A DNA stretch of 64,000 bases from Bryobacteraceae bacterium. Lineage in GTDB: Bacteria; Acidobacteriota; Terriglobia; Bryobacterales; Bryobacteraceae. This document shows positions 18,114-28,667 of the stretch, piece after piece. Position 1 is the first letter of the stretch, and each line of letters starts with the position of its first letter. Where the stretch lies: positions 3,048 to 67,047 of the forward strand of contig JBPCJX010000098.1 of NCBI GenBank assembly GCA_051004875.1, read 5' to 3'. The notes beneath the pieces are model-generated. The model was not told the DNA's origin, searched no databases, and saw only the letters and a list, made by a program, of their open reading frames with translations. Made by a program: the position numbers and the translations under genes.

Positions 18114-19157
18114 ATGAAAGCTTTGATGCTCCGCGAGTACAAGCGCCTGGAGCTCGTCGATGTTCCCGTCCCTATTCCAGACGCAGATGAGGTTCTCGTT
18201 CGTGTCAAAGCATGCGGTATCTGTGGCAGTGATGTACATGGTTACGATGGCTCCTCTGGCCGACGCATCCCGCCAATTGTAATGGGCCACGAGGCTGCCG
18301 GAGTAGTTGCTGCAACGGGATCAAGAGTCTCCGGCATTCAGGAAGGCGACCGGGTTACGTTCGATTCCACAATCTATTGCGGCTCATGCGAGTACTGCTG
18401 TAGGGGTGAAGTAAACCTGTGTGATCGGCGACAGGTGTTGGGAGTCTCCACGCCCGAATATCGCCGCCCAGGAGCTTTTGCCGAGTACGTGCTCGTACCG
18501 CACCACATCATGCACCGGTTGCCCGGCGACATATCTTTCGCCGAGGCCGCGATGGTCGAGCCGTTGGCGGTCGCTGTTCACGCGGTTTCTCTTTCAGCGA
18601 TCAATGAGAGGAGCACAGTCCTCGTGGTTGGAGCCGGCATGATCGGGATTCTGGTATTGCAAGCACTCCGGGCCGTGAATTGCTCGCGGATCTACGTTAC
18701 GGATATCGATGACACTCGCCTTCGACTTGCTGAACAACTTGGGGCCACAGCGACGATCAATGCCAGAAAGGCGGATACAGCGGCTGAAATTCATGGGCTG
18801 ACCTCCGGCATGGGCGTGGATGTAGCTCTCGAGGCGGTTGGGAACAGCGTGGCTATTAAGACCGCCATCGACAGCGTTCGCAAGGGCGGCACTGTGACAT
18901 TGATCGGTAACATCTCGCCAACCGTCGAGATACCGTTGCAGACGGTTGTTAGTCGGCAGATTCGGCTGCAAGGTTCGGCAGCGTCATCAGGAGAGTATCC
19001 CCAATGCATTGACCTGTTAGCCCGTGGTGCGGTGCGGGTGAAGCCGCTGATCACAGCGGTTACGCCTTTAGAAGAAGGCCCTCGATGGTTCGAACGCCTC
19101 CATTCTGGGGAGCCGAACTTGATGAAAATCATCCTCACGCCGGACGAAGTGCAATGA
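18114..19157 (+). CDS. zinc-dependent alcohol/polyol dehydrogenase (MDR family)
   Basis: Motifs GICGSDVH and MGHEAAGVV, a structural-zinc Cys cluster (CGSCEYCCRGEVNLC), and a Rossmann motif VVGAGMIG. Confidence 0.8.
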   Translation: MKALMLREYKRLELVDVPVPIPDADEVLVRVKACGICGSDVHGYDGSSGRRIPPIVMGHEAAGVVAATGSRVSGIQEGDRVTFDSTIYCGSCEYCCRGEVNLCDRRQVLGVSTPEYRRPGAFAEYVLVPHHIMHRLPGDISFAEAAMVEPLAVAVHAVSLSAINERSTVLVVGAGMIGILVLQALRAVNCSRIYVTDIDDTRLRLAEQLGATATINARKADTAAEIHGLTSGMGVDVALEAVGNSVAIKTAIDSVRKGGTVTLIGNISPTVEIPLQTVVSRQIRLQGSAASSGEYPQCIDLLARGAVRVKPLITAVTPLEEGPRWFERLHSGEPNLMKIILTPDEVQ

Positions 19158-19960
19158 GCAACAACCTTTTCGATCTCAATGGCCGTGTTGCCATCGTGAC
19201 CGGTACCAGCCGCGGCCTCGGACAGCAATTTGCACGTGCCTTGGCAAACGCCGGCGCCGACCTCGTCCTTACAAGCCGCAACCGCGATCATCTGCTCGCT
19301 TTCGAGACAGAGATTAAGGGTCTCGGTAGACACGCAGTTTCGCTCGAACTTGATGTCCGCGATCCCCAGAGTATCGAGCAAATGGCCGGAGCAGCAGAAG
19401 AAGAATTCGGCCACATAGACATTCTCGTCAACAATGCCGGCACTAACGTTCGTAAACCAGCGCTCGAGGTCACCTGGGAAGATTGGAACCTCATCCTCGA
19501 CACGAATCTCAGAGGCAGCTTTTTCGTCGCTCAAGCTGTTGCCCGACGAATGGTGCCATGTGGGTATGGGCGCATCATCAACATTGGGTCAGTGACCAGC
19601 GTGAACGGTTATGCGGGTCTGGCTCCATACGGCGCGAGCCGCGGTGGCATTAAGCAACTCACGATGAGTCTGGCCGATGATTGGGGGAAACATGGCATCA
19701 CAGTCAACTGTTTAGCCCCAGGCTGGTTTCAGACGGATCAGAACAAGGTGATGTACGAAGACAAGGAATGGGTCGAATATCTCTCCGATCGGATTCCCGT
19801 GAAACGCCCAGGCCAAGTAGGCGATTTGGATGCTGTCATTGTGTTCCTTGCTGCAGAGGCCAGTCGCTATATCACCGGACAAACTCTGTTGGTGGATGGT
19901 GGCATCTCAACTGGCGCGGTACGAGCTTTGCCTAAGGCTGCAATTCATCCGAGTAGCTAA
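19154..19960 (+). CDS. SDR family oxidoreductase (gluconate-5-dehydrogenase-like)
   Basis: The start is an ATGA overlap with the upstream stop. Motifs TGTSRGLG and NNAG are present. The active-site region reads YGASR instead of the usual YxxxK (see findings). Confidence 0.75.
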   Translation: MSNNLFDLNGRVAIVTGTSRGLGQQFARALANAGADLVLTSRNRDHLLAFETEIKGLGRHAVSLELDVRDPQSIEQMAGAAEEEFGHIDILVNNAGTNVRKPALEVTWEDWNLILDTNLRGSFFVAQAVARRMVPCGYGRIINIGSVTSVNGYAGLAPYGASRGGIKQLTMSLADDWGKHGITVNCLAPGWFQTDQNKVMYEDKEWVEYLSDRIPVKRPGQVGDLDAVIVFLAAEASRYITGQTLLVDGGISTGAVRALPKAAIHPSS

Positions 19961-21912
19961 CCTACCCGCGTTTTGACCATCGCCACGATAGCCTCGACAT
20001 CATAGACGCATCCGCCCCAAATTCCGCCGCTCGCTTGCTGCAACGCCGCCCAAAGCCGGGTATCTTCCGGCAATGCTGGATCGGAGCGAAGATCTGTTCG
20101 GACTGGTCGCTCTAGTAAGCGCCTATGACCTTCTTCGGCGTCGAACATTTCACCGGCTTCGCCAATGAAGTTCACATGACCCTCTAGTTTGGTGCGATCC
20201 ACGAAGATCTCGATCACGTCGCCATCGCGCAGCTTTCCGACAGGGCCGCCTGCCAGCGCCTCCGGCGAAACATGCCCGATGCACGCCCCGGTAGAGACGC
20301 CGCTGAACCGGGCATCCGTGATTACAGCAACATGCTTGCCGAATGCCAAGTGCTTCAGTGCTGAAGTGATTTGATACGTTTCCTCCATCCCGGCGCCCAT
20401 CGGTCCGCGGCAGATGAGCACGATGACATCGCCTTCTTTCACTTCCTGCTTCTTGATGGCGGTGATGGCATCGTGTTCCGTAACAAAGATGCGCGCAGGA
20501 CCACGGATACGATACACGCCATCCGCGTCTACTACCGATGGATCAATCGAAGTGCTCTTTACGACTGATCCTTCGGGCGCGAGGTTTCCGTGCGGGAAGC
20601 AGACCGTCGAGGTAAGCCCACGTGATCGCGCATTATCGGGCGACAGGATAACGTCATCCGCATCGACGCCATCGAGTTCCCGTAAGCGGGATCGAAAGCG
20701 GACTCGTCGCTCCGATTGTTCCCACCAGTCGAGCATTGAATCGAGCGTTTCGCCGGACGCGGTGAGCGCATCTGTATTTAACAGACCTGCTCGTCGCAAA
20801 TGCAGCATAACTTCTGGAACGCCTCCCGCCAGAAACACCTGCACTGTCGGGTGATTACGCGGCCCATTCGGAAGAGCGTCGACTAAACGAGGGATGCTGC
20901 GGTTCACTTGAGTCCATTCCGCGACAGTAGGGCGGCGCAATCCAGCGGCATGCGCAATAGCGGGAATATGCAACAGCAAGTTAGTAGACCCTCCAAATGC
21001 TGCATGCAGGATCATGGCGTTGTCGATCGCGGCAAGCGTCACAATGTCCCCCGTCGTTATGTGCAACTCTTCCAGCCTCAAAATCGCTCGTGCCGTGCGC
21101 CGTGCCATATCCAGCCATACGGGCTGCCCGGATGGCGCGAGCGCTGCATGCATGAGAGATAGCCCAAGCGCTTCCGCCACTACTTGGGACGTCGCAGCCG
21201 TTCCTAAGAACTGGCAGCCTCCACCGGGAGATGCACAAGCTCGGCAACCGGCAAGCGCTGCTTCTTCAAGCGTGATCTGGTGATGGGCGAACCGAGCTCC
21301 GATGCTCTGAACCTTACCGGCGTCCTCGCCATCTTCCGGCATCAGTGTCACACCGCCGGGAATGAGTGCGCAAGGCAGATGCGGGGTGCCGGCGAGCGCC
21401 ATCATCATTGCGGGTAGGCCTTTGTCACACGTTGCGATGCCAATCACAGCGCTGCGGGTTGGCAGCGAACGGATCAAGCGTCGAAGAACAATCGCCGCGT
21501 CATTACGATAAGGCAGCGAATCAAACATGCCCGGCGTACCTTGTGTTCTGCCGTCACAGGGGTCGGTGCAAGCGCCCGCAAATGGGATGGCCCGCAGCGC
21601 CTTTAGTTCGCGAGCGGCTTCGGCGACCAGCAGTCCCACTTCCCAATGGCCAGTGTGATAACCCAATGCAATTGGCGTGCCGTCCTCAGCTCGGAGACCT
21701 CCCTGAGTGCTCAACAGCAGCACCTGCTTGCCGCCGAGTGCTTCCGGAGCCCACCCCATGCCAGCGTTCTGAGTCAATCCGAATAGATTTCCGGAGGATT
21801 CCGTGAGCAGGGCTTCCGAGGTTATTGGAAGCGATCCTGCCGGACCGCGCGCATGCGTTTGCACATCGTAAATTGTGGGATCGGATGAATCAATGATGCT
21901 CGCGACGTTCAC
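19957..21912 (-). CDS. IlvD/Edd family dehydratase, YjhG/YagF-like (pentonate/sugar-acid dehydratase)
   Basis: 651 aa. Motifs [31 protein letters not shown] and GSTN, plus the C-terminal RFSG motif, all characteristic of this family. Confidence 0.75.
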   Translation of the reverse strand: MNVASIIDSSDPTIYDVQTHARGPAGSLPITSEALLTESSGNLFGLTQNAGMGWAPEALGGKQVLLLSTQGGLRAEDGTPIALGYHTGHWEVGLLVAEAARELKALRAIPFAGACTDPCDGRTQGTPGMFDSLPYRNDAAIVLRRLIRSLPTRSAVIGIATCDKGLPAMMMALAGTPHLPCALIPGGVTLMPEDGEDAGKVQSIGARFAHHQITLEEAALAGCRACASPGGGCQFLGTAATSQVVAEALGLSLMHAALAPSGQPVWLDMARRTARAILRLEELHITTGDIVTLAAIDNAMILHAAFGGSTNLLLHIPAIAHAAGLRRPTVAEWTQVNRSIPRLVDALPNGPRNHPTVQVFLAGGVPEVMLHLRRAGLLNTDALTASGETLDSMLDWWEQSERRVRFRSRLRELDGVDADDVILSPDNARSRGLTSTVCFPHGNLAPEGSVVKSTSIDPSVVDADGVYRIRGPARIFVTEHDAITAIKKQEVKEGDVIVLICRGPMGAGMEETYQITSALKHLAFGKHVAVITDARFSGVSTGACIGHVSPEALAGGPVGKLRDGDVIEIFVDRTKLEGHVNFIGEAGEMFDAEEGHRRLLERPVRTDLRSDPALPEDTRLWAALQQASGGIWGGCVYDVEAIVAMVKTRVG

Positions 21913-21965
21913 TGCATCTCCATCACAGCACGGGTTCCGCTCACGACTTACCCGCTAATGCGCTT

Positions 21966-22994
21966 TTACAAGTTGAGAGTCTCGCGAGCGTAGCGAATAC
22001 ACGACACCACGTTCTCCTCTTCCAAGTGAACTTGAGAATCGTGTGAGAGCTGAGCAACGCGAGGCAATGGTTGAGAGCTCTGCGCCTTGTGCACAAGCAT
22101 GAGGGTCCGCGCGAGGTATCGCCCGTTGCGGTCAGGGAACGTCGTCCAATACTTGTCCGTCAGGCAGGGGACGTGAAGCGGATCGCGCGTGATCATCTCC
22201 AAGGAGAAGCGCGTTTTAGGCCGAGCTTGCTGGACCACAGCAAGCATTCGCGGCATATCGAGAAATCCTCTGTCGAGTACCACCTCCGAAAGCAGGAAGC
22301 CGTCGGTAGAATGCTCAACGCCCATGTTTTTGAGGTGAGTTGAAACGGTATACGGCGCCAGCTTCTGCACCAAGTCGTAAGGCTCATCGAGAAGAGAAAT
22401 GTTGTTTCCAAAATCGAGACAGACGCCCAGGTATTCGCTCGAATACTTCTTGATGAGGGCAACCATCTCGTCCACCGTCCAGTCTTTGTGATTTTCGAGA
22501 CCCAGCGGAATCTTGTATCTGTCGAGAATGGGGAGTGCAGCTTCTAAGGAATTGTGGCTTTGAGCAACGAAGTTCTGCCAATCAGTAAGCGATGAGAACG
22601 TTTCATAACGACGAGTGCCGAGACATGCCGAGCGCAGGGCCACAGCGCCAACTGTACTTGCTTTTTGAACGTCCCGTTCGAACGCCGATATGTCCCTGGT
22701 GTGTGGCAGCTCGATCATTCCCTCTATGTACATTCCCAATTTCTCGATGCGGGAGCGGATCTTCTGCAAATCGCCATTGATCGGTGCCTGAATACCCGCT
22801 GCGCCGAGAGCGTGGCAATGCTCTAGAAAATCGTAGGTATCCTTGGGTTTCCACGCCATCATGAACGATGTCGCGGCTATTCCCATCTTTGTTTGGCGGA
22901 GATTATCCCCAGACTGTTGAGCCATAAGTGGAGCAATAAGAGAGCTCATTCCGATCCCTGCCGAAGTGGCGCCAAGAAATGCGCGTCTCTTCAT
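21966..22994 (-). CDS. xylose-isomerase-like TIM barrel protein, Tat-exported
   Basis: Tat motif KRRAFLGATSAG. Family pattern (LGLENH, CLDFGN, THLKN). 4-nt overlap with the upstream gene. Confidence 0.7.
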   Translation of the reverse strand: MKRRAFLGATSAGIGMSSLIAPLMAQQSGDNLRQTKMGIAATSFMMAWKPKDTYDFLEHCHALGAAGIQAPINGDLQKIRSRIEKLGMYIEGMIELPHTRDISAFERDVQKASTVGAVALRSACLGTRRYETFSSLTDWQNFVAQSHNSLEAALPILDRYKIPLGLENHKDWTVDEMVALIKKYSSEYLGVCLDFGNNISLLDEPYDLVQKLAPYTVSTHLKNMGVEHSTDGFLLSEVVLDRGFLDMPRMLAVVQQARPKTRFSLEMITRDPLHVPCLTDKYWTTFPDRNGRYLARTLMLVHKAQSSQPLPRVAQLSHDSQVHLEEENVVSCIRYARETLNL

Positions 22995-24361
22995 GAGAGC
23001 TTCGCCAGTACGTCATCCCACGGCTTTCGATACCGGCGCACCAGCATAGCGGATGCTTCTTCATCGCCAATAATCTTCTCTTTGTCCGCATCCCACTTGA
23101 TCTTCCGTCCCGTGCGTAAAGAGATGTTGGCCAGATGGCAAGCCGTGGTGGCCTGATGACCCCCTTCGATATCGGCAATCGGCCTCTGGCGCGTCTTGAT
23201 GCAATCCAGAAAATTGCGGATGTGAAGATCGAATTGCTCGTTAGACGATCCCGGTTCCTTCAGAGCGCGAGTCCATGGCTCGGGCTGCACGTTCTCGCGA
23301 ACCGGACCTCCAGCAGGATGGCCTTGAAATGTTGGGATGGCATTCGACGGATTGATCTTCATATCCGGGAAGACCTCGAATCCCGATCGCGAGATTGTCA
23401 TACTGCCTTTCGTCCCGAAAAATTCCAGTCCGTCACCCGCACGGCGTCCCGCACTTGCCTCGCGAAATGAATACACGCTCGTGAATCCGGCGTATTCGAA
23501 CAGTGCATCCTGAGTGTCCGGAGTTTCGCCCAGGCCCTTTAGCGCGAATCGTCCGCCGGTGGAGGAAACTGACACGGGCCCTTTTTCACCTTTGACCCAC
23601 TGAATGATGTCGATCTCATGCGCGCCGAGATTGGTCATCTGGCCGCCGGAGTAGTCCCAGAACCAACGGAAATGATACAGGCCTCTTAGCTTGTTGTAGG
23701 GGCGTTTGGGCGCAGGACCTAGCCACATGTCGTAATCGAAATCACTCGGCGCAGCAGAGTCTGGTGGTGAACCGAATCCGGGCATGACGTTACGAAAAGA
23801 GGCAGCACGGGCGCTCGTTATCTCGCCGATATAGCCACTTTCTAAGAGCTTTCTTGCGTGCTGATAGTGTTTTCCAGAGCGTTGTTGGGTTCCCACCTGC
23901 ACAACGCGGTTGTATCGCCGTGCAGCATTGATCATCCAGCGGCCTTCTTTTACAAACAGGGTCAAAGGCTTTTCGACGTACACGTCTTTTCCCGCCGCGC
24001 AGGCCATGATTGCCATCAGTGCATGCCAGTGATCGGGAGTACAGACGACCACCGCCTGAAGATCTTTGTTCTCGAGCAGCTTGCGAAAATCAGAATAAGC
24101 GCGGGCAGGTTGACCGCAGGCAGCAACACCCTGCTCGAGACGCGGCTGGTAGACATCACACATTGCAGCCAAATCCACGTCCTTCTGATTACGCAAGTCA
24201 TGGACATGCTGGCCCCCAATCAGGCCGAATCCAATGACTCCCATCTGGATGCGTTCGTTCGCCCCCAGAACTCTGCGGTACGACATAGCGCTTACCGCAC
24301 TAAGCGCAAGCGCACGGCGTCGCGTGATGCTGGTCACCGTTGATCGTCTGTCATCCATCAC
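22991..24361 (-). CDS. Gfo/Idh/MocA family oxidoreductase, Tat-exported
   Basis: Tat motif TRRRALALSAV. Motifs MGVIGFGLIGGQH and VYVEKP. Confidence 0.8.
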   Translation of the reverse strand: MMDDRRSTVTSITRRRALALSAVSAMSYRRVLGANERIQMGVIGFGLIGGQHVHDLRNQKDVDLAAMCDVYQPRLEQGVAACGQPARAYSDFRKLLENKDLQAVVVCTPDHWHALMAIMACAAGKDVYVEKPLTLFVKEGRWMINAARRYNRVVQVGTQQRSGKHYQHARKLLESGYIGEITSARAASFRNVMPGFGSPPDSAAPSDFDYDMWLGPAPKRPYNKLRGLYHFRWFWDYSGGQMTNLGAHEIDIIQWVKGEKGPVSVSSTGGRFALKGLGETPDTQDALFEYAGFTSVYSFREASAGRRAGDGLEFFGTKGSMTISRSGFEVFPDMKINPSNAIPTFQGHPAGGPVRENVQPEPWTRALKEPGSSNEQFDLHIRNFLDCIKTRQRPIADIEGGHQATTACHLANISLRTGRKIKWDADKEKIIGDEEASAMLVRRYRKPWDDVLAKLS

Positions 24362-26010
24362 AGTTCACCTCTGTTGACGGAGTCGATGAGATGATCGCAG
24401 CCGCGGGCCGTGAGTGCCATCATCGTCAGGGTAGGATGTTTATCGCCTGTAGTCACGAAGCAGCCGCCACCAAACACAAACATATTCCGGATATCGTGAG
24501 TTTGGCAAAAGGAGTTTAGGACACTGGTTTTCGCGTCGGCGCCCATGCGGCATGTCCCCACTTCATGGATGAGGCTCCCGGGCACGCTGATCAAAGGGTC
24601 TGCCTCAGTAATTTCGCCTTTTGCAGTGTGAAATAGTTCCTGCGCACGGTCAAAAAAGTCTTGGTAGATTTTTCGATCGTTGTGGTTATGGGTGCAGTGA
24701 ATCCTTAATACCGGTATACCCCACTTGTCCCGCACTGCCGGGTCGAGTTCGACAAAATTTTCTTTGCGAGCCAGCATTTCGCCGCCCGACAGCCACACGC
24801 GTGCATGCGCCGGATATAACCGCTTCACATGTTTCTTATAATCAGAACCGAAACCGGGCAGATCTCCTGCGAAAGTCGGGTACTGCGCCGCGCCACCCGA
24901 GGCACTCATAGCGTACCCGCGAATAAATTTGCCAGAACCCGGACGCGGACCGATATTGGAGAAGTTTGGTATATAGAGGCCGGTGGCCTTGCCGTCATCA
25001 TTACGAATTGCCCTGCCCTCTAACATGGGCAGAAATCCGGTCACGCCGGCTCCAGCAACTTGGTCCATCAGATAATGTCCGAGGACAGAGCTGCTGTTGG
25101 CTAGGCCGCCTCTGTGCGAATTCAATAGCAGTCGGGTATTTTCAAGCGTTGAACCGGCGAGGATTACTACACGCGCATCGATCTCGACGGGGCGATTGGT
25201 ATAGCGCTCGATATAACGAAGCCCGCGGGCGCGATTATCCTCCCCCATCAATACATGGCTTACGACGGCATCGCAAAGCACGGTGACGTTGCCGGTCTTC
25301 AGCGCAGGCGGGAGGGTGACTGCAACCGTGTTGAACATTGCGCCTACATCGCAACCGTTGATGCAATTGCCGCAATAGTGGCAAGGCGGCCGGTTATTCA
25401 GGATACGCGTCAGTTGTGCTACCCGTCTGGGCGTCGAGGGTAAAGCGATCTTACGGCAAGCCACGTCGAAAATGGTTTCTGAGCAGTTCAGCGGCATGGG
25501 AGGAAGAAAGACGCCGTCGGGGAATTGGGGCAGGTTAGCCGCAGCGCCGCTTACGCCGATAAACTGTTCGACTCGGTTGTAATAAGGTGCAATATCGGTG
25601 TAAGAAATCGGCCAATTGTCGCCATAACCATCCCGTGACGCGGCTTTAAATTCCAAGTCGGACATCCGATCCGAAGCGCGTGACCAGTGCAGGGTTCGTC
25701 CCCCAAGGACACGCGAACGGTACCAGCAGAAAGGTTTGCCTTCTGGTGTGGTGTAGGGATTCTCCCGGTCGTCAATCATGATCCGGTAGTTGTATTCAGT
25801 TGAATCTGGAAAATACTTCTTTAAGAAACCGGGCTGCCCAGCACCACGGAACGGCAATTCGTACGGCCACCGATGGTGGAATTCCTTCGCTGGATCGATA
25901 TGCGAGCCAGCTTCTAGCAGTAGGACCTTGTATCCGCTTTGGGCGAGCGCCATGCACGCCCATCCTCCGCATGCTCCGGAACCCACGATCGCCACGTCGT
26001 ACTTCTGCAT
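24358..26010 (-). CDS. GMC family FAD-dependent oxidoreductase (large subunit)
   Basis: FAD motif DVAIVGSGACGG at the N-terminus and the C-terminal GMC pattern (HEVGTCRMG, GGGCFVT). No signal peptide of its own. Confidence 0.8.
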   Translation of the reverse strand: MQKYDVAIVGSGACGGWACMALAQSGYKVLLLEAGSHIDPAKEFHHRWPYELPFRGAGQPGFLKKYFPDSTEYNYRIMIDDRENPYTTPEGKPFCWYRSRVLGGRTLHWSRASDRMSDLEFKAASRDGYGDNWPISYTDIAPYYNRVEQFIGVSGAAANLPQFPDGVFLPPMPLNCSETIFDVACRKIALPSTPRRVAQLTRILNNRPPCHYCGNCINGCDVGAMFNTVAVTLPPALKTGNVTVLCDAVVSHVLMGEDNRARGLRYIERYTNRPVEIDARVVILAGSTLENTRLLLNSHRGGLANSSSVLGHYLMDQVAGAGVTGFLPMLEGRAIRNDDGKATGLYIPNFSNIGPRPGSGKFIRGYAMSASGGAAQYPTFAGDLPGFGSDYKKHVKRLYPAHARVWLSGGEMLARKENFVELDPAVRDKWGIPVLRIHCTHNHNDRKIYQDFFDRAQELFHTAKGEITEADPLISVPGSLIHEVGTCRMGADAKTSVLNSFCQTHDIRNMFVFGGGCFVTTGDKHPTLTMMALTARGCDHLIDSVNRGEL

Positions 26011-26016
26011 AGCGGA

Positions 26017-26619
26017 TCAGAGAGTGTGGTGCTCGGGATGATTGCAGCCCGGGAACTCGGTCAAATAGGCAAGGCCTTTGTATTCGAGCACGTCAACGAG
26101 TCCCACGCGTGAGGTATAGAACGCGTGCACAGTCATCTCTTTAATGAGGCGGTACACGGCGAACCCCTCCTGCTTGTTCTCGGGGTCGTGCTCCCCTTTC
26201 GATATGCGCTGAACTAGAGAAAGCTGTTCGTCGGCCGGTAATTCCGCGAAATGACGGGCACGGAGCCAGTCCATCGCGCTGCGCCAGTCACTCTGCATTT
26301 CGGGCGCGTACTCCGCCGCCGCATTCACGACGAAATCGATGAACGCGCTCACGTGAGCTTCGCGCGCGCCGGGCGTCTCATCGGTCGGGATAAGAATGGC
26401 GGTGAAAGCATCCAGAGTTCGGAAATCTTCACGAGAGAAAAACTTCGGCTTATCAGACGTCCAGCGGTCCGGCTCAGGCGGCGCATGCGAAGTCGTGTTG
26501 TGTGCGTGCGAGCTGTGGCTGACAACCTGAGCGGCACGCATCCAGTCGCTGAAGAACTCTTGCCCGCCTACTACCGCAGCGGCGCGTAGAATTGCCCAAA
26601 CTGCATCGCGGCGGGTCAC
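26017..26619 (-). CDS. gluconate 2-dehydrogenase subunit 3 family protein (small Tat-signal subunit)
   Basis: I start it at GTG 26619, which gives M-TRRDAVWAILRAAAVVGG (Tat-like). The track start at 26697 overlaps the upstream SDR by 70 nt. The family motif LDAFTAILIPTDETPGAREAHVSAFIDF is present. Confidence 0.6.
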   Translation of the reverse strand: MTRRDAVWAILRAAAVVGGQEFFSDWMRAAQVVSHSSHAHNTTSHAPPEPDRWTSDKPKFFSREDFRTLDAFTAILIPTDETPGAREAHVSAFIDFVVNAAAEYAPEMQSDWRSAMDWLRARHFAELPADEQLSLVQRISKGEHDPENKQEGFAVYRLIKEMTVHAFYTSRVGLVDVLEYKGLAYLTEFPGCNHPEHHTL

Positions 26620-26627
26620 CGAAACGC

Positions 26628-27398
26628 TCAACGCGCGCACCACCCGCCATCGATCAAGATGTCGGTTCCCGTAATGAAGGCGGCTGATTCGGAGCACAGG
26701 TAACCGGCAAGGGTACCGATCTCTTCCACTTTGCCCCAGCGGCCTACCGGAATGCTGGCTAGAAATTGTGCATTCGCCTCCGGATTCTGCATCAGAGGTA
26801 AGTTCATTTCAGTACCAAACGGGCCGGGACTGATACCGTTTACCGTAATGCCCTCGCCCGCTAGTTCCAAAGCCAGGGCGCGAGTCAGTCCGAGTAACGC
26901 CGCTTTGCTTGCGGAATATGCAGTACGGCCCGGAAGCGAAACATGGCTCATAATGGAAGTCATATTCAGTACTCGTCCGTAACCGGTTCCCCTCATGTGT
27001 GGAACAAATGCGCGGCACATTAAGAAGACGCTGGTGAGGTTTGTCTCCAGAACCGTCCGCCACTCATCCAGCGAGAAATCGACAAGGTTTTTGCGTATGT
27101 TCACTCCCGCGTTGTTGATCAGGATCTGCACTTTGCCGAGCTGATTGGAAACTTCCGATTCCAGGCCGCGTACGTTTTCCTCTCCGGCGACGTCTGCAAC
27201 AAAGACTTTCGCCTTTCCCCCGGAACTCTCGATCTCTTGCCTCACGTTCTGAAGCTTTTCGACATCGCGAGAGACAAGCGCGACGGTAGCGCCAGCTTCG
27301 CTCAGGGCCAGAGCCATGGCTCTTCCGAGCCCCTTACTGGCACCGCTAATCAGGGCAATTTTGCCGGAGAGACTTGGGGTTGGTTCGGCGCTCAGCAC
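26628..27398 (-). CDS. SDR family oxidoreductase (FabG-like)
   Basis: Motifs SGASKGLG, NNAG and YSASK (canonical YxxxK). Confidence 0.8.
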   Translation of the reverse strand: MLSAEPTPSLSGKIALISGASKGLGRAMALALSEAGATVALVSRDVEKLQNVRQEIESSGGKAKVFVADVAGEENVRGLESEVSNQLGKVQILINNAGVNIRKNLVDFSLDEWRTVLETNLTSVFLMCRAFVPHMRGTGYGRVLNMTSIMSHVSLPGRTAYSASKAALLGLTRALALELAGEGITVNGISPGPFGTEMNLPLMQNPEANAQFLASIPVGRWGKVEEIGTLAGYLCSESAAFITGTDILIDGGWCAR

Positions 27399-27439
27399 GT
27401 GAGTATTCTACTGTACAGTGAATCTTTAGGAGGTTTCTC

Positions 27440-28630
27440 ATGAGCGCACAAGACTCGCGGCGTCAGTTCCTACAAAAATCTCTCCTCCAAACCGCGTTGG
27501 TCTCAACCATTGGGTCGGCAGTAGCCACCCCGAAGGCAGCCGCGGAAGTTGCCGAGAAACTCTCCACGGATCCAACTGCCAATTCTGAGTGGCGCAATAA
27601 GCAGCCTGGCATGGCTTATCGCCGCCTCGGCCGAACGAACTTGATGATCTCCGAAATCATTGCCGGTGGAGATCCTATTCGTACCGACAACTACGAACAC
27701 CTCAGCCTGGCGCTGGAGATGGGTCTGAATTACCTTGATATGGCCCGTGCGTACGGTGATTGCGAAATTGCAATCGGGCGCTTTCTCGGAGGCTCCGCTA
27801 AACGCGATAAAGTATTTCTTCAAACCAAGGTCAGTGCTTTCGGCAACCTACGCAATCGTCTTTATCGCGATGTCTTCAACGGCCTCCCTGCCGACAAACA
27901 GAACGCGATCAGAAAGCGCGCCCAAGATCTGACGCAGAGCAACCTGGCGGAAAAGCCTGGCTACTACCTTACGTATTTTCCGGGTCAGCACGATCAATTC
28001 GCGGGCGCGTATCTGTGCGCCGCCATGATGCCCGACTATGGTCATCTGGTCGAAGGCAGCCAGGAGTTTCGGAAGTGCATCACAGACTCGCTGAATGCAA
28101 GCCTCAGGCGCGTAGGCACCGACCACTTTGATCTTTTGATGTGCCCGCATGGCGCGAACCTCGCTAGCGACCTCGACAACCCGCACATCCATGAATCCTT
28201 TTTGGGATTGAAGAAGCAGGGCAAGGTTCGTTTCCTAGGCGTAACGTCGCATAACTGTCCCGCCGGTGTGTTGAATAAGGCCTCCGAGCTGGGACATTAT
28301 GATGCGGTCATGATGGCCTACAACGTCATCAACGGCGGCTACGTCGATGAAGCGATCCTGAACGCATCCGCCAAGGACGTGGGCATCATCGCTATGAAGA
28401 CGGCACATGCTGTGGCCACGCATCACAAACCCTTGCAGCCCATCCCACAGTGGCGCATCGATAAAATCAACCGGATCATACCGGGCGATATGAAACCACC
28501 GATGAAAGCGTATTTGTGGGTGCTTCAGAATCCTCACGTCTCAGCAGTCAATTCGAACCTTTGGAACGAAAGTTTTATTAAAGAAAATCTCTCGCTCGCC
28601 GGCAAGAAGGTGCAATTCCAGCAGGTTTGA
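27440..28630 (+). CDS. aldo/keto reductase, Tat-exported
   Basis: AGGAGG lies 8 nt upstream of the start. Tat motif SRRQFLQKS. AKR N-terminal pattern YRRLGRTNLMISEI and the later LGVTSH motif. Confidence 0.75.
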   Translation: MSAQDSRRQFLQKSLLQTALVSTIGSAVATPKAAAEVAEKLSTDPTANSEWRNKQPGMAYRRLGRTNLMISEIIAGGDPIRTDNYEHLSLALEMGLNYLDMARAYGDCEIAIGRFLGGSAKRDKVFLQTKVSAFGNLRNRLYRDVFNGLPADKQNAIRKRAQDLTQSNLAEKPGYYLTYFPGQHDQFAGAYLCAAMMPDYGHLVEGSQEFRKCITDSLNASLRRVGTDHFDLLMCPHGANLASDLDNPHIHESFLGLKKQGKVRFLGVTSHNCPAGVLNKASELGHYDAVMMAYNVINGGYVDEAILNASAKDVGIIAMKTAHAVATHHKPLQPIPQWRIDKINRIIPGDMKPPMKAYLWVLQNPHVSAVNSNLWNESFIKENLSLAGKKVQFQQV

Positions 28631-28667
28631 CGACAAGCTCACATCACACTCGTCTCCAACATCAGCA

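Noticed and set aside
18791-19534. 247-aa minus-strand ORF
   Set aside because: It is antisense to the Zn-dehydrogenase / SDR junction, and both sense genes carry diagnostic motifs.
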